Part shown: in pieces, positions 17,077 through 32,000 of the stretch
How the letters are laid out: the number at the start of each line of letters is the position of its first letter
How positions within the stretch are numbered: position 1 is the first letter of the stretch
DNA from: Candidatus Omnitrophota bacterium
Lineage (GTDB): Bacteria > Omnitrophota > Gorgyraeia > Gygaellales > Profunditerraquicolaceae
Length of the DNA stretch: 64,000 bases
Assembly: GCA_029571225.1 (NCBI GenBank)
Contig: JAKPTF010000035.1
Span: 12,575 to 76,574 of the forward strand
Reading direction: 5' to 3'
Notes under the pieces: generated by a model
What the model was told of the DNA's origin: nothing
The model's input: only the letters and a program-made list of their open reading frames with translations
The model's database searches: none
Translations under genes and position numbers: made by a program

Positions 17077-20000
17077 TTAAATATTTGTCGAGAAACAGCC
17101 GTCTATCCATACAACAAACTCGATCGCTGTTTTTTCAAGGACATTGTTGTTAAACGCTCCCGCAAGAAAGGCTTTGATGCCGCCGTCTTTGTTCTCAGGC
17201 GCATTGTCGTTCTTATTGTCTTTCCCACCCTTATCATATTTCACATAAAATCCTGAAGCAGTTCTCTGAGTCTTCTGCGCATCCGTGCACGCAGCCCGCA
17301 TAGTATCAATAGCCGCGTCTATATTGCCTGCTCCCTGAACCAACGACCGCACGTGATCGGTCTCATACCCGCACCGGCACCAAAGATGCGCAAGCTGTGA
17401 TTTTTGTTCGCAGGTCGCTTTAAGGCCCAGAAGATAACAAATATCCTCTTCGCTGAACACGTAGCTGCCGGTATACTCTGATCGCCGACAGCACAGCTCG
17501 ATCAAAAAACTTGTTGTTTCGGCATCGAGGACAATAAGGCTTGCTTTGCTCATGTTCCTGATCTGAGTCTTATTGAACAACGGTTTATTGCCTCTATAGA
17601 TAAGCGAAAGCAGGAATGCGTTTCGCTCCCGCCGAAGCCAGTACGCGATGCTCTTCAGAGGCCCGGCATTCATTCCTTTGCGAGATTCCATGAATTCGCC
17701 AAGCCTCACATACGGGCTTATATTATCGGGCACCAGGCCTGCTTCCACCAGCGCCGTAACAAGCTTGCCCATGCGCGTATTGCAAAGTTCAGCCAGCCGT
17801 CTGCTGTCCATCCGCAGGTCCTTAAGGAAAAGGAACTCGGGGTCCCCATACTCTCCTGCCGGATTGTTTATCCGGCAACACAAATTGAACCCCTGCTTTC
17901 TCCAGAAACCGGTCAAGCCTGCCAGATTATTCTGCGAAACGAGCACGGACGCAAAATCGCTCCCCATGGCCCTGCATACCGGTTCCATGAATTGTTTATA
18001 CAAAAATGTGCCAATGCCTTTCCCACGCAGGGCCGGGTCGAGCATAAGCTCGATCTGTGCGCGCCGCTGGGTATCTATTTTGGTAAAGTGCATCATTGCC
18101 AGCGGCATCTCCGTTGGTTGCGCGGTTCGGTCTCGCAGGAATACGGAATACGCAAAACCATCCCGTGATGTCACGACTGCCCGGAGCGAAGCGATCCCGG
18201 TCAGCTTTCGCAGCTGTCGTATCGGCAGTTCCGATTCGATGAAGGTCTTGACGGGAATTGCGCCTCCGTCCGAACGGCGCACCGCGTATCCAGCCCCGGA
18301 CCGCCGGATATTGACAGCAGGGTCACGCCGCGGATTGAACACGTAATAATATTCGCTCCTGTCCTCGCAGGGCAGGGACAATTCCCGGCTACGATAATCG
18401 TCGCTGTCAAGCGCCTCCTTTGCGTCTGCGGTAAAGCAGGCCCCTCCTGCAGTGAATACGTACGTACGGCTATCCATTCTGACTTTCTTCGACTCGCTCA
18501 AGGCGCTTTTTCTTACCAGATACTTGAGATAAATCCGCCTCTCCAGAAGCTGTTCGTACAGACACTGTTCCCCGTGCAGAGTCGCATCGGGATAACTTCT
18601 GCAAAAAGCCAATGCCTCCGCATAGATACGGCAGCTGGTGCTCAGGGTAAAACCTGCCTCAGGCGAATAATCGAACAGTATCTGTAATGCGCTGCACGGC
18701 CACCTGAAGAGGTATCGGTCAAGCGGGATCTCGTCGCAGGCCCTGCGCCCTGACGGACAGAACGCAAGGGCAATGTCTTTCCTGCCATGCGCATGTGTAG
18801 CTCCGAATTTGCGCTGCAACAATGTATTGATTTCAGGGAATCCGCGCTCTGACCGGGCAAAGCAGCACGCCCCGTCTGCGCATCTGATCCTGCCTGCCGT
18901 TTCCCGGGAAAAACGAAGTTCTATACCGTGATTTCCGCCGTCTCTGCCTCTTTTCCCCCCACCAGGATCGTCCGGAAGAACCTCAGATTCGGCCTTTGAA
19001 CGGGTATAATGCACCACGACGGCTGCACAGAATGCCGCTGTCAATATCGCGCTCAAAATGAAAACCGTATTGGACGGCAGCGCAATCAATCCCATGTCCT
19101 CAATGCCCGAAAGGAACAAATAAACCAGGAGGCCGGCGGTAATCAGTTTGCTTACCCATCTCAGGCATGTTGAGATCATCGGATTGTGCTGCAGCGTAAG
19201 CTGGCAAAGGGATTTTGATACGCATACGTCCAGCACAATGACCAGTAAGACCACATTGATTATGAAAGCCGCAAAGGTAATCCCCGTGCCGAACCGGCTG
19301 AGCAGCAGCGGCGTTATTCCGAGCAATCCGGGGCCCGCGATCAAAGGAAAAGAAACCGGGATTACGCAGAACCATTTATAGGGAACGGCCTCGAAATATC
19401 TGCACACATGGAGGCGGGGCATGAAGAAATCAAGACAGAATATTCCCAGGACGATGACGCAGGCGATCTTCAATATCCCCAATTGGAACAGGGACAGGGA
19501 AAGCCCGAGCGCCATGAAGGCAATCACAAAAACGATTGATATCGGCATCGACAGCAACAACAACCTCCTGATGCTGCCGCGCGTCAAATTAAGATGCTGG
19601 GCAATCGCACGGAAAACGATCGCGGTTCCGATGATATTGATCGCCATGCCGACTACAAATACCGCCATGGCCAACTGGTAAAGCAGGCCCATCATGCCTC
19701 CGTCCTGCTGCGCCTCAAGTCGCCGGAGCATATCGATCGACCGAGCCTGCGCATAAAGGCCTTTGCCTCTGAGTACCTCCCGGTAAAAAACCAGTATTTC
19801 AATCCACGTCCGGCCGGAAAAGTAAAGTTTCTGGTTGCCGAACCTGACCGGATGGCCGTTATCTATCAGGAAAAGCCCTGTTGATTCTTCAACGACCTTA
19901 ATGACTTCTTCCGGCGAGACCGATAGAGAGACCTCCTTGATGAGCCGGCGGTAGAATAACATCCGTTCCTGCTGGGATACGAGCCGCTTCGACCATGGAG

Positions 20001-23000
20001 CGCGCCTCTTGCGCGTCTCGATACGCGCGAGTATGTTATCGTACTGGCGGATCAGTATTCCGAACAGGACCTGATGAAGAAACGCATGGACGCTTTGATC
20101 CGTACAGGCGAGCTCGCTGTAGAGAGCGCCCGGGGAGGACAGTTTTCTTTCGAAACGCAAGCTTGCGCGCTCGAACCTGCGTTGAGCACGCTCGATCGCA
20201 CGGCTGCTGTTCGCCGGATATACGGACACGATATCAAAACCGACGTGGTTATTCTCGAATACGACGAGCGCGCCGATATCCGGGTTGATGGCCACAAAAC
20301 GGCCGTCATTGATGAAGTAATTCGTATCATGGCTCAAGACCACCTCATACGGCATTGCCTCATACATGCGTAGCAGCTCAAGGACCGGTTTATTGCGGTC
20401 GTACAGCGGGCTGCGGCTCGGCCATTCGTATAAATGGCGGGAAAAATGCCAGCACAGATTTTCAACGCCGGACCATGCGATCCTGCGAGCGCCTCCGTCG
20501 AGATGGTTATTGCCGTTCTTGATGAATTCAATATACGTGGGAAGCGCTTCGACCACATCGTTGTCCCCTTTGACGAGGATCGCGTACATGCCGAGGCTGC
20601 GGGCCGGATGGATATCACTGTCAAGATTATCCCCCACCATAATGGCCTGCGAGCTGTCGATATTAAAATCCCGCAACACAATCCTGAACGCTTCCGGGTG
20701 CGGCTTTTCTTTCTGAGACGGGAAATCGTCCTGCGTGATGATACGGGAAAAATATTTCTTGATCTTAAGGTATTCGAGCGTCTTATATGCCATCGCTTCG
20801 CAGTTGTTCGTCAGAAGCACCAGGGGATAATCCTCTGACAGCCTATGAAGCACACCCTGCAGCTCGGGATTCGGCTGAAGGTACCGGGAAAGATCAATAC
20901 TGGCAGTCAAGTATTCATGATAATCGTGGGCGCTCAATCCGAACATGCGGCATATCCTGCTATGGCTCTTTTCGCTGCCGACGCGCTGTTCGATCTCCGC
21001 GGCGGATAAAAACGGCCTTCGGCACCTGATGAACTCGAGCAGCGCCTGGTCATATTTTTGTGCGAGCTCATCGCTGTCGTAGAGCGTGTTATCGAGATCA
21101 AAGATGATAACCGCGACGCTTCCCGAAACCCGCTGCTGGACAGCCGGCAAAAACGTAGAAAAGAAATAGTACACCAGACCCGAGAGCTGCTTGGGCCCCG
21201 GATGCTGCTGCTGGTAGTAGATCTTGCGCAGCCGCGCAAGATATCGTTTTTCAATGGGGATCCCCGCGTTATCGACAACTACGATGAATTCAGCCAGCTC
21301 CAGAGGATGCGCCTTGAAATATTCATAACTGATGCGGCGGCCGCCCCGTTCCCCTTGATGGGCAAGATGCGCCAGCTCGTGACGGAGGATATCTTCCTGG
21401 ACGACCCGGGGCAGGGTCAGAAAATACGGATGGAAGCAGATGGTATTGGTCTCCCGGACGCTGTGGGCGACCTTGGACCAGCGCAAAGACTCTTGCGCCG
21501 AGATAAGGACGTTGAATTCCGGCGGGCCGCGGATGATGCCGCGTGCCGTATGGACCAGATTGGCGAATTCCTGGAAGCTCCAGAAATAATCATACACGAT
21601 GGCTCCCGGCTTGATGGCATATCTGCCTTTGGAGATTGAAAAGGATAGGCTCGTCGGTATCCTTTTTGCGTATTTCTTTTGGCCTTCCTTTCGGGCGTGC
21701 GCCGGTATGACAAGCGGGTAAAAATGACGCCGATGGCCGTTATTATACATTCTAAAAATCTTCCCGATCAGGATCAGAGAATTCACCGCAAGCCAGACTG
21801 AAATACCGATGCTGATGGCCAGGTCGAAGAACGGCATGCCGGTGACGAAGATGGCGATCCCCGCTGCTATTGCGGCGATAGATGCCGCAAGGTCCCCGAG
21901 AACATGGATGTATGCCCCTTCCATGTTGATATCGGTGCCCGAATGGCCGCAGAGGAACCGGTACCCGACCAGATTCACGATCATGCCGAAGAAAGCGATG
22001 ATGAGAACCTCAGCCCCCCCCACCGGTAGCGGCTTGAAAAACCGGACTAATGCGGATATGATGATATACCCCGATGTTATCCCGAGGATCAGCGCGTTAA
22101 TGCCCGCTGCTGCCAGCTGGAGGAAAGAGTTGCCTTCGTATTTCGGTGCAAGCCCGAACCGGTGCGTGGCCCAATGCGCGACCAATGCGCAGCTCAGCCC
22201 TGAAATATCCGTTATCATATGGCCGGCATCGGCGACAAGCGCCAGGGAATGGAACCAGAGGCCGCCGATGACCTCGATAAGCGCATATCCGGCGGTAATC
22301 GCCAGGACGATCATGAGCACACGTGTCCCGGCGTGATGATGTTCGTGGCCGCCATCCCTGAAACCATTACGATGGTTGACGTTGCCGTTGAACGTCTCGA
22401 CCATCTCCGGGTATTCGGCATAGGCAGCATAGCCCTCGCCGATCACCTTTCTTGTCGCCGCGAATATGACCGCGGAAAATACCAGGGTCTGCGTCATGCC
22501 AATAGCAAACATGAAACCGAATACCAGATAAGCGCCGATAGACATCACAAAACTGCGCAGGAAATCGCGGCGCGCCGTGCTGCGGCGGTAGCCCCGCAGG
22601 ATACGCTGGGCATAATTGAGCGGCCCGCCGACCATGCTCACAAGAATGATATCAAGAATTATATTGACCGCCATGTTCCCGCCAAGCATCAATGCAAGCG
22701 GGTCTGAAAGATACATTTTAGCCGCGACAATGGGTATGCATGACAGGCCGCTCGCGAACAAATCATTGGCGAGCTTCTTACGGCGCACATAACCGTACGC
22801 GCTTATAAGCTTTCGCACGCGCGTGGAAATATCAGCGATCCGGGGACATACAAGCTGATCGCCTACATATCCGCACGCTTTCATATCGACAAGGGCATTG
22901 CGCACGATCACAAGGCTGATCCAGACGCAGGAAAGCACAATACTGATCTGCCCGATGCCCTGTCCGAGCGACATGCCGATAACGGTTGCAAGTATCCCCG

Positions 23001-26000
23001 CAATAACCTTGGCATAGGTCAACGACCTGAACCTATTGTCCTCGAACGGCAGCTTGTTCTCCATGATCGCGTCGCTGATGTCCTGGAACCGCCGGCTGCC
23101 CCCGTCTGCGATGCTGTTGTCAAGCACCAGGTCATACTCGTCATCCGGCACAAAAACCAGGCACCGCGATACGGCGCCCCATCCTCTGCACCGGGAATAG
23201 TGGCGGCGGTCCTCTTCCCGGGCAACAATCTTGACCTTGATATCGAACATGCCCCGGTCAAGGCTGCTGAGCGAGTGGATACCCTCGACGACAACCACCC
23301 TGGCCGGACATTTTGTCGCGCATTCAACGATGTCTGCGGTCAAGGAAGCCCAGTTATGGTGCCCGCAGGTATAATCAAACGATTCTATATACGCATCAGC
23401 TGCAAACACCTTCACCCAAAACCTGTTTGCAAACACAAGACCCGTAAAATACGTTTTGCCTACTCCGCTCGACCCGTCGATGAGAACAAACGCCCTGCCT
23501 TTCTTGCGGCACACGCCATCGATCATAGCAGGAAGCAGCGCCTGCCCTTCCTTGAGCGTGGCGCGGAGCGCTCCTCCGTCATTCCGGGGATACCGGGGGG
23601 AAGAGGCGGGATCTTCCGCCACGGTAGATTCATCCGCCTCTTTTGGCCCCCCAATATGATCCCTGGAATCATAACTCACGAAATGTATTGCTTTGCGTAT
23701 TGCTGCGGCGTAGAGCTTCCAGACATTGCCCGAATGGTTCTTATGATACAGGTATGATAACAGCACGATCCACGGCACTGATGCGCATTGCGTGATCATA
23801 TAAGAATACTGCGGGAACACCAGAAATGCGAAGAATACGACCGGAAGCCAGTACGGCAGGTTGGTCATGAATATGAGCCTGGGATATTTCAAATACCGGT
23901 GCACGCCCTGTGCCGTACCGTCATAATACACGTCGCGCAGGCTCTGGCGCAGCGGATGCCTTTCGACCCAGAACCTGCCCAGGAAGTATCCTGCGCCCAG
24001 GCCGAACCAGGTGCCCGGACCTTGATCAAGAAATGCTTTTATGACAGGGATCGGAAGGCCGGATGCCGGGATGCCGAGCGCTCCGGCGGTATATGCCGTC
24101 GCCAGCGGCAGGACTATCCCATACCACCCTATGCCGAACCAGGCAGCGCTGAACGTAAAACCCAGTATCCCTGCCCTGATGACCCTGCCCGTATCGAGAT
24201 GGCAGTGTTCTTCATCTATGCGGATCTCATAACACTGCGCGAAATAATTTGAGATCGCCGCGCTGATGCACCCGACGATCGCACAGCGTACATAATCAGC
24301 CAGAATATAGCTGCTCACATAGGCATCCACGGAAAGGCCTGTCGGAATCGGAAAGATCAGCATGATCGCTGCTGCAAACACGGTGAAAATGACTGACGTA
24401 AGCGCCAGCTGTATGATAAACTGCCTGACCTGGCCGTTTTCAGCGCCGCCGTCTTTGTTCAGATCACCAAACAGATGCCGCGCGACGCCGAACCATTCGC
24501 GCTCATAGGTGAGGCGCGAACGTTCGATGCCCCGGGCAAGCGCCATCGCCTTCTTTTGTTTCACGCCGAGAAATACCAGTTCTTTCCATGCGCCCTCTCG
24601 CACGCTCGCAACGAACAAATCAGCGCCCTTTTCGTCAATAACCCCTTTGCCGATCTTTTCGAACACGCCGGAACCCAATATCTGATGCTGAATAAAATCT
24701 TCGTTCAGGTACGCATACATATACGCGGCCATGGCCGCGCCGGCTTCCCTGCCGATCTTGCGTATCAATTTACGGGCAGCACCATTGCCCCGCACAGCTT
24801 CTTCAGTCAGCGAACGCAGTGTGAATCCCTGTTTCTTGAGTTTCCTGGTCAGGTTTGGCCCGGAAAACAGGTCTTCAAAATCGCCCCGCAGGTCATTCCC
24901 CGACTCGTCCTTCGGGTGATCCCCGCGCGTTTTGGAACCCAGGAAAATGAACCTGCCGCGGTATCCCTCCGGAATATCGGTAAGCGGCACCACGCTGCGC
25001 AAGACCACATTATGGCCGAGTTCCCGTATTTCGCCATGCTCGCCGGCATATACTTTATTGTCACGAGCTGCAGCGGCATTACTGCCCGTTCCGGATATCC
25101 AGACTGTCCCATGTCCCCAGGGGAACAGGGCACCTTTCGGCGTTAGTTCTCCGTCAACAGCCGCATTGCAGTCATTATCGATATACACGGGCATACTGCG
25201 GCCGAATGCCTTTTCCATCCGCTGCCCGAGCGCCTCCCGGAGCGGATAGTGGTCAAACGGCATGTTCTTTGCGGCAAAAGGCGTTCCGACAACCCCCTTT
25301 TCCTGGTCCAGAGGGCCGGCAAAAGCTATCCCCAAACCAGCGATCCTATCAACGGCAATCCGGTTGTCGCGGACCACCCGTTCGATTTCGCTTACCATGG
25401 CATCAACGCACTCCTCAGGGCTCGCCTGCATAAGGCCCTGTCTGAAATAATCGTTCCACAACAATTCGTCCCCGCGGGCAGCGACCTCATACTGTTTGGT
25501 GATCGCGCCGACAGCAAGCTTGCTTCCGCCCACGCTCGCCGCCATCACGAGCGGCCCGGATTCATCGTGCCGGGCTTTTTCGACAATATATCGTACGGGC
25601 TCAAGGGATTCGTTATACTGGATGACGTTACGGGCAATACCAGCGGGATTGCTGAAGCTTATATAGACGTCGAAATCCTGCGCCGTAGGGATACGATTAA
25701 AATCATCGAACGTCCGTTCCAGATAATTCCAGACCCTCCTTTTTGACAGGGACTGTTTGGTTTCCAGAATATAGCTGTCGATCATTTCATCGTCCGTCAG
25801 GAGCAGCCTGAAATCTGTGATCGCAAGCCTGACCGTATAGCCGTCGCCGTTCGAAACAACCCGTGACCTGTTGCCGGGGCGCCCCTCCAGGCGCCTGACG
25901 ACGCGGTCAACTACTGCAGCCACCGCATCGTCGTTTTCCGCGAAATAGACGATGTTCTTGACACGCTCGAGTCGGCGGTCGTCTTCAAGAGAAAATATGC

Positions 26001-29000
26001 GGTCGTCGGCATGGGCGTCAAGGATCATGCTGAAAACCGAAATATGCTTGCCGAAACCGGCAATCTGTTCATACAGGTCCTTGAAATGCGCGTTGAACTT
26101 GAATTCCATGATGCCGTTGACCGTCGTAGCATCGACTTCCTTTGAACCCTTGGCGGAGATGAACACCCTCTCAAAATCATCGATGTCCCCCAGGTTCGCG
26201 AGGAACGCGATGATGTCCTCGAACTCGAAGCTGAACTTATGAATGCCCGAGGTCTCGCCGAGCATGCCTTTCACCCGGCCATAGCATTTTGTATCATGCC
26301 TGCAGCCGACGTCATGGGTCCCCAGACGGCTGAACCTGGCGAGCGTCGAGCGCACAACATTAACGAGCATGCCCTTGTGGGGGAAACGCGAATACATGAC
26401 ATTACGGTTGCCTTCCTGCATCAGGTCGTCGAGTTTGCTGACAAAAACCCCCATGTCCGCCTTGCGCACGAAACGGTTCCAGTCCGGTATGATCTCGATG
26501 CCGCGGAACAGCTCCTGCATCTGGCAGGACAGGCGCGCATCGGCAGCGCCGGCTTTATTGGCGTAAATCAGGCCGAGCAGAAGGCCGGCGATCCTGCCGT
26601 CTTCGATCCTGATCCGCTTATCGGTAAAGGCCGCGCGCATTTTCCTGAACTGATCATCGAGAGCGGACGCAGCGGGACAGAACGAACGTATGTCTTGGCC
26701 ATAGAGCAGCTTGAATATGCGTTCCATGGCGTCCGTGTTTCCCGTGGCAGGAACCGTAAGATCATTAAGCGCCTTATCAGCTGACGCAAGGGCCTCAGAG
26801 GCCGGATACGAGTATCTGACAATATTGGCAAGTATGGCCTGCCGCTCGTGTCCGGGCAGGCGCAGGAAAAAGTTCAGGTCGCCGTTAATTACCTCCTCGT
26901 TGCAGGAATCTTTTATCAAACATCGGTCGCAATGCAGTTTATGGCGGAGGATGAAGGTAAAGGTTGGTATATCGTGCAGGGCTGATGCGGGCAGATCGAT
27001 GACTCCGGTGACGGCGCAGGTCGTGAATATGCCTTTGTCGCTCGGGGAGGAAACAAGCTGGTAATCAGGAGGGCTCCTGATCGAATACACGTATCCCCAT
27101 ACCTTGTATTTCTTGAGCGTGTCAAGGGCGGCATTGAGGATACGCACGATATCGTCCTTGGTAAAACCCTCGCACTGGCAATTCTCAATGATCACCTGTT
27201 TGCCGATGATCCTGCCGTAGATGCCCGGCGCTGTCGCTGACGGCGCAATCGGGGCTTCGCCGCCGTCTTTGCGGCTGTTCATCCTGTCAAGCACCGACAG
27301 GAGCCTCTTTTGCTCCCGGCTTCTGGCGATCTGCAGGTCTTTTTCATGCAACCCTGCCCAGAAGTCATGATGCAGATGCCCCGCATTCTCGATAATGATC
27401 TGATCGATGCGCCCGCCGATTCCGCCGCGGGCCATTACCTCCAGGACGAATTCGAGGCGGAAGGACTTGCGCAGCGGCAGATTGATATTGTCGATCAGGT
27501 ACGGCACGCAGCCGCGCTCGCCGAATGTTTGGATAAATTCTTTGTAGGGCCACCGGCTGTCTTTGGCCATAACCGCCACGCTTGCGAGCACCCGCTGCGC
27601 AAGCAGGCCGGTAAGGATATCGCGGTAACTCCATCCGAACATCTCCGGATTTGCGGCTTTATGGATCGATTCGATGTATTCGATAAACCTGCTGCCGAAA
27701 CCGTCGGTGTCTTTTGCAAGCTCCTCGATGACCCGGGAATTGAATTGCAGGTTGAACACGCCCATCAGGAACTCAAGATAGAGGTCGAATAACGGCATCT
27801 TTTTTTCCGATGTCAGGAATATGATGCAGCCTGCCAGCCGGTCAACGATGATATGGCGGGCGGCATATTTCTGCCGGGCGTCTGATGGCAGGAGGCGGCG
27901 GTCAAGCACCCACACCTGCATTTCTTCCCTTTGAATCTGACCGCTGTTCAAATGCCTCTTCCACCATTTCGGCTTGACCGATTTTCTGTCAGTGAAAACC
28001 GAGGCGAACGCGAGCATCATGCGGAATGGTTCGCGTTTTTTCTCCAGAATACGGTTATAGATACCGGGGTATCTCTCGAACAGCGCAGCGACCTCTTTCG
28101 GTTTGTGCTGTTCGATGAGATCGCGCATGGCCGGCTCGGAGATGGCAAAGACTGTGCGCGGGATGCCTGATTTTTCCATCTGGCCGAGAAAGATGTCGCG
28201 CGCCTTGGAAACGCCGGAGGCAGTCGTCGTATCGAGGTCTGCCTTCAGGAAATTCCTTCTGATCTCGGCGAGCATCTGATTCAGTTCTTCCGGGTTATAG
28301 AGGTCCTTGCGGTACCGGTTCAGATGCATGGCGCGGATATTGCCCATCGCGTATCCCAGGTCGATCTCGAGGTCGCTCGTGATCCTTGTCGCGCTCACCA
28401 CCGAACCCGTACTCCTGAATTTCTTGCGGTTAAATGGTATAAGAAAGTGGATGTTTTCCGCGACCTTGCGGCGCAGGACCAGCTTCGGAAACAGGTAATC
28501 GATAAAACCGCTGACCACCTGGCTGAAAAGTTTCCTGCTGATCTGGTATGCGCCGGTTTGGCCGAGGATATTGCTGCCGCCGAGCAGGGTACAGCCGATC
28601 GTCGCAATGGTAAAACCGACGTCCTTATACGCTTCCGTGTATTGGGCATCGACGCCGAATCCTTCTTTTTTGCGCGTGTACATGGAATACAGGACTCCGG
28701 CGACGATATTGACAGGCAGCTGGATCAGGACGATGGCGAGTATCTCACCGTATCCGAGGATATTAACGGCAGTCCAGAGCGACGCGATGTTGAGGACGGA
28801 AAAGATGATGAGGCCGTAAAGCCCGTACTGGAGGAATTGCGCGAATTTCTGCCAGTCGATATCGGCCCAGTCCCATTTCTTGACCTTTCCGCCGTACCAG
28901 TGTATCTCATCCGTTATCACCGAGCGCAGGAATACGCTGACATGCCACAATATCCAGGAAATAACGGCCCACTCGTATCCGATAGGGATGCCGATGGTGA

Positions 29001-32000
29001 TGAGGAACACCGCAAGGACACCGACAAGCGACAGGGCGATCCAGCCGATATATTCCCAGCGGATCTTCTTCCTTTCATAAATATTCTTGATGACCGGGTC
29101 CGCAGCGACTTCCTTGCCTTCTCCGCCGTCCTGAACGGCCCCGGCTCCCCATCGGGAATAAATCCTGCGGTACGCATTCTGCGTGGCTTGGTCCCTGCTG
29201 AGCCTGAACTGGTCAACGGTGGCATCGAGGATATATCCGGAATCCTTGCCCGGAGGCGTTATAATGACGAAACTATGGCCGTCGAGTGCATGATACCTGT
29301 TCTCTTTAGCATATACCTGATCGACCCGGTACCCGAGCAGGGAGAATGCCTCGGCAAGCAGATACGACGCTAATCCGCAGCAACGCGGATATGCGGGAAG
29401 CGTTTTGATATACAGGTGCAAAATCCTGACCACGGCATCCGCCTGCGCTTCTACCGTGTCCATTTCATTCACCCGCAGCACCCGCATGCCCTTGAGCATC
29501 TTACTGCGCAGGACGCGCGCCTGCAGATACGGCCGCCTGCTTCCGGGGATAATGGAAATAAATCCGATGTGGTTGGCCAGATAATCAGGCGCAGGCTGCG
29601 AGGAAGCAAGATAGAAGTTATAGACAAGCGACCGCTTATCGAGTTTGTCCATTGGGAACAGAACATAATCGCGTCCCTTCTGCCCGGAAATTGAGCGTAA
29701 ACGCGTATATTCGCGCATGCGCCGTACCCTGACTTTTCTTCCTCCGTCCTGCGTGACGCTTCTTGCATTGCGTCTTTTTTCAATGGCCATAATGGCTTCC
29801 CGAACCGCACGGCGCACCTCAAGGTTCCTGTCGTCGCGGAATCTGGCCAATACTTCGATGTCGTTTTCATCCCCTATTTTACCCAATGCCGCAGCGGCAT
29901 TGGAACGGCTGCGGAAATACACGGACGGTTCGAGATATCGCGCCAGCATATGTTTTGCCCGACAATCACCGGTTTTTGCGCTGATTGTTCCGATTGCTTC
30001 AATGAAATCGGGGGTAACGTTTTCATTGTCGCTTTTGCGCTCCAGGGCAAGCATCAAAAACGGTATGGCGCCGGGATTCGCCATTTGCCCCAGATGACCT
30101 GCTCCTGTCCTGTTCCAGCAGTTATGATAATTGAATATCATGTTGATCTGCTGCCAGATGGGGGCCTTGCCCTCTTTTGTCTCGATCCTGCCTCTGACCT
30201 TTCCGGCTGCCTTAAACGCCTCAAAAACAGACGCATCGATATAAAATAAGCGGATAACGCTCTCTGAACGCGCATGCCGGAATGTTTTCTCGCACGCCGC
30301 GAGCCCATCCTGTTCCATATCGTGCTTTATGCGCCTGAATATCTCAACCGGAACTTCATAAACCGTTCCGCGTACCCGGCTACCCGGTTCCCTGACCGCG
30401 ATCGCCGAACTATATACTTTGCCGTTGTATTCGAATGCATATTTATAGATGCCAATACACCCGATATCGAGCTCGGCGTTCGTTTCGCGGAACATCCTCA
30501 ATATATCAAGGTCAAACCCAAGTTTCCACGGCCCATAGACAAACAGGGAAACATTCTCTTCTCCGCCGTCGCGCCTCGTATGATTATTCGTTGTGCGCAC
30601 GCGCTCCAGCAGGGCTGCCAGCTCGCCGCGCCGGTAGCGTTCTAAAAGTATCGCGCGCTCGCGAGCCACAGATGTATTGCTTATTCTCCTGCCAAGTTTC
30701 ACAGACACTTCCCATGCGGTAATTCTTTGCTCTCCGGCAAGAAGGTTATCGATAGCGGCACGGTCATCCAATGTTATGCCATTTCGTTCCATGGTATCAG
30801 ACAGAACTTCAACGACCCCGTCCCGGATCGTCCTGGGATAGCGGCCCATGTTATTGTCAAACTCTTGAATGTCCGGATATATGGCCTTCATGATCTTCCG
30901 GTCCACGCTTTCTATCTGGAATCCCTCTTTATTGACAAACCTGATCGTGATTGCTCCGAGGAATGCAAGAACGCGCAGATCCAGATTCGGGTTTAATGCA
31001 CCCGTAATGCCTTTTGATAAAAGAGCCACAGCCATGGCCCATTTCGTCAACGGACCTGACCCGTAATCATGCGTATAGATGAGGTACAGCCTGCGGCGCT
31101 GCAGGGGGATCGGGTTCAGAAGTATTCGTTCGACGCGCTGAACCGTATTGCGGCTCACGTTCTGGCTTTTTTCCAATGACTTAATCCGGGCAATGCGCGT
31201 ATCTTTGGAGAACAGCGTTTTCATGGTACGCATGAACATTATCACATGCCTAACAGACGTGACCTCCGAAAGGCCGGCCTTTCCTTTGAGATGCTCGAGC
31301 AAAGAATCCAGTTTGACTGCATCGGGATCTTTTCCTCCGTCACGGAAAGGCTCACAAAACATCCTGGTCCGCTGAATGGCGCGTTCCTGTTCTTCCGCGA
31401 TCCGGTAAAACTCTTTATCGGTAAAATAAACGCTGCCACCGTATTCCACTTCCAGAGCATCCACAATAAGCTGGAACAAAAACATCTCAAACTGAACCTT
31501 GTCCAGCGGAAAGCTGATGCCGGAATCGATATAATGGGACAAAGGCGATTCGACCCTCTCGCCGTAATAATACTGCGGCAAAGCTGCCAGGATGTCCTGC
31601 TCCCTGCTCAAGATCCCCCGCTGATGCATGATCCTGATAATGAACAATTGCAAAACCATTGCGAGATCGTGGAACTCGGCGTCCGGGCTATTATCGGGCA
31701 TCGTGATTGTGATCTGCGAAAGTCTGCCCTGTGGATCATAGCCGACATCTAAGGTGCCGTAATCGTCCGTCCTGTTTTCACCAAGGGGATATATTACGGT
31801 CTCGATATTCACCTCCAGGTTTGTTGCCAGGCAGCGGATGAACGCCCTGAAACCGGGGAGCATCATCTTTTTTGCCTGCCGCGAGCACGCGGACGCGTGC
31901 ATCATGCGCATTGCGCTTTGTACCCTGAAGAAATATTCCTTCAGCCTTCGCGCCAGGGAAATATGGCTGTAATAGAACCGTGTTTGCGCATACACCGCTG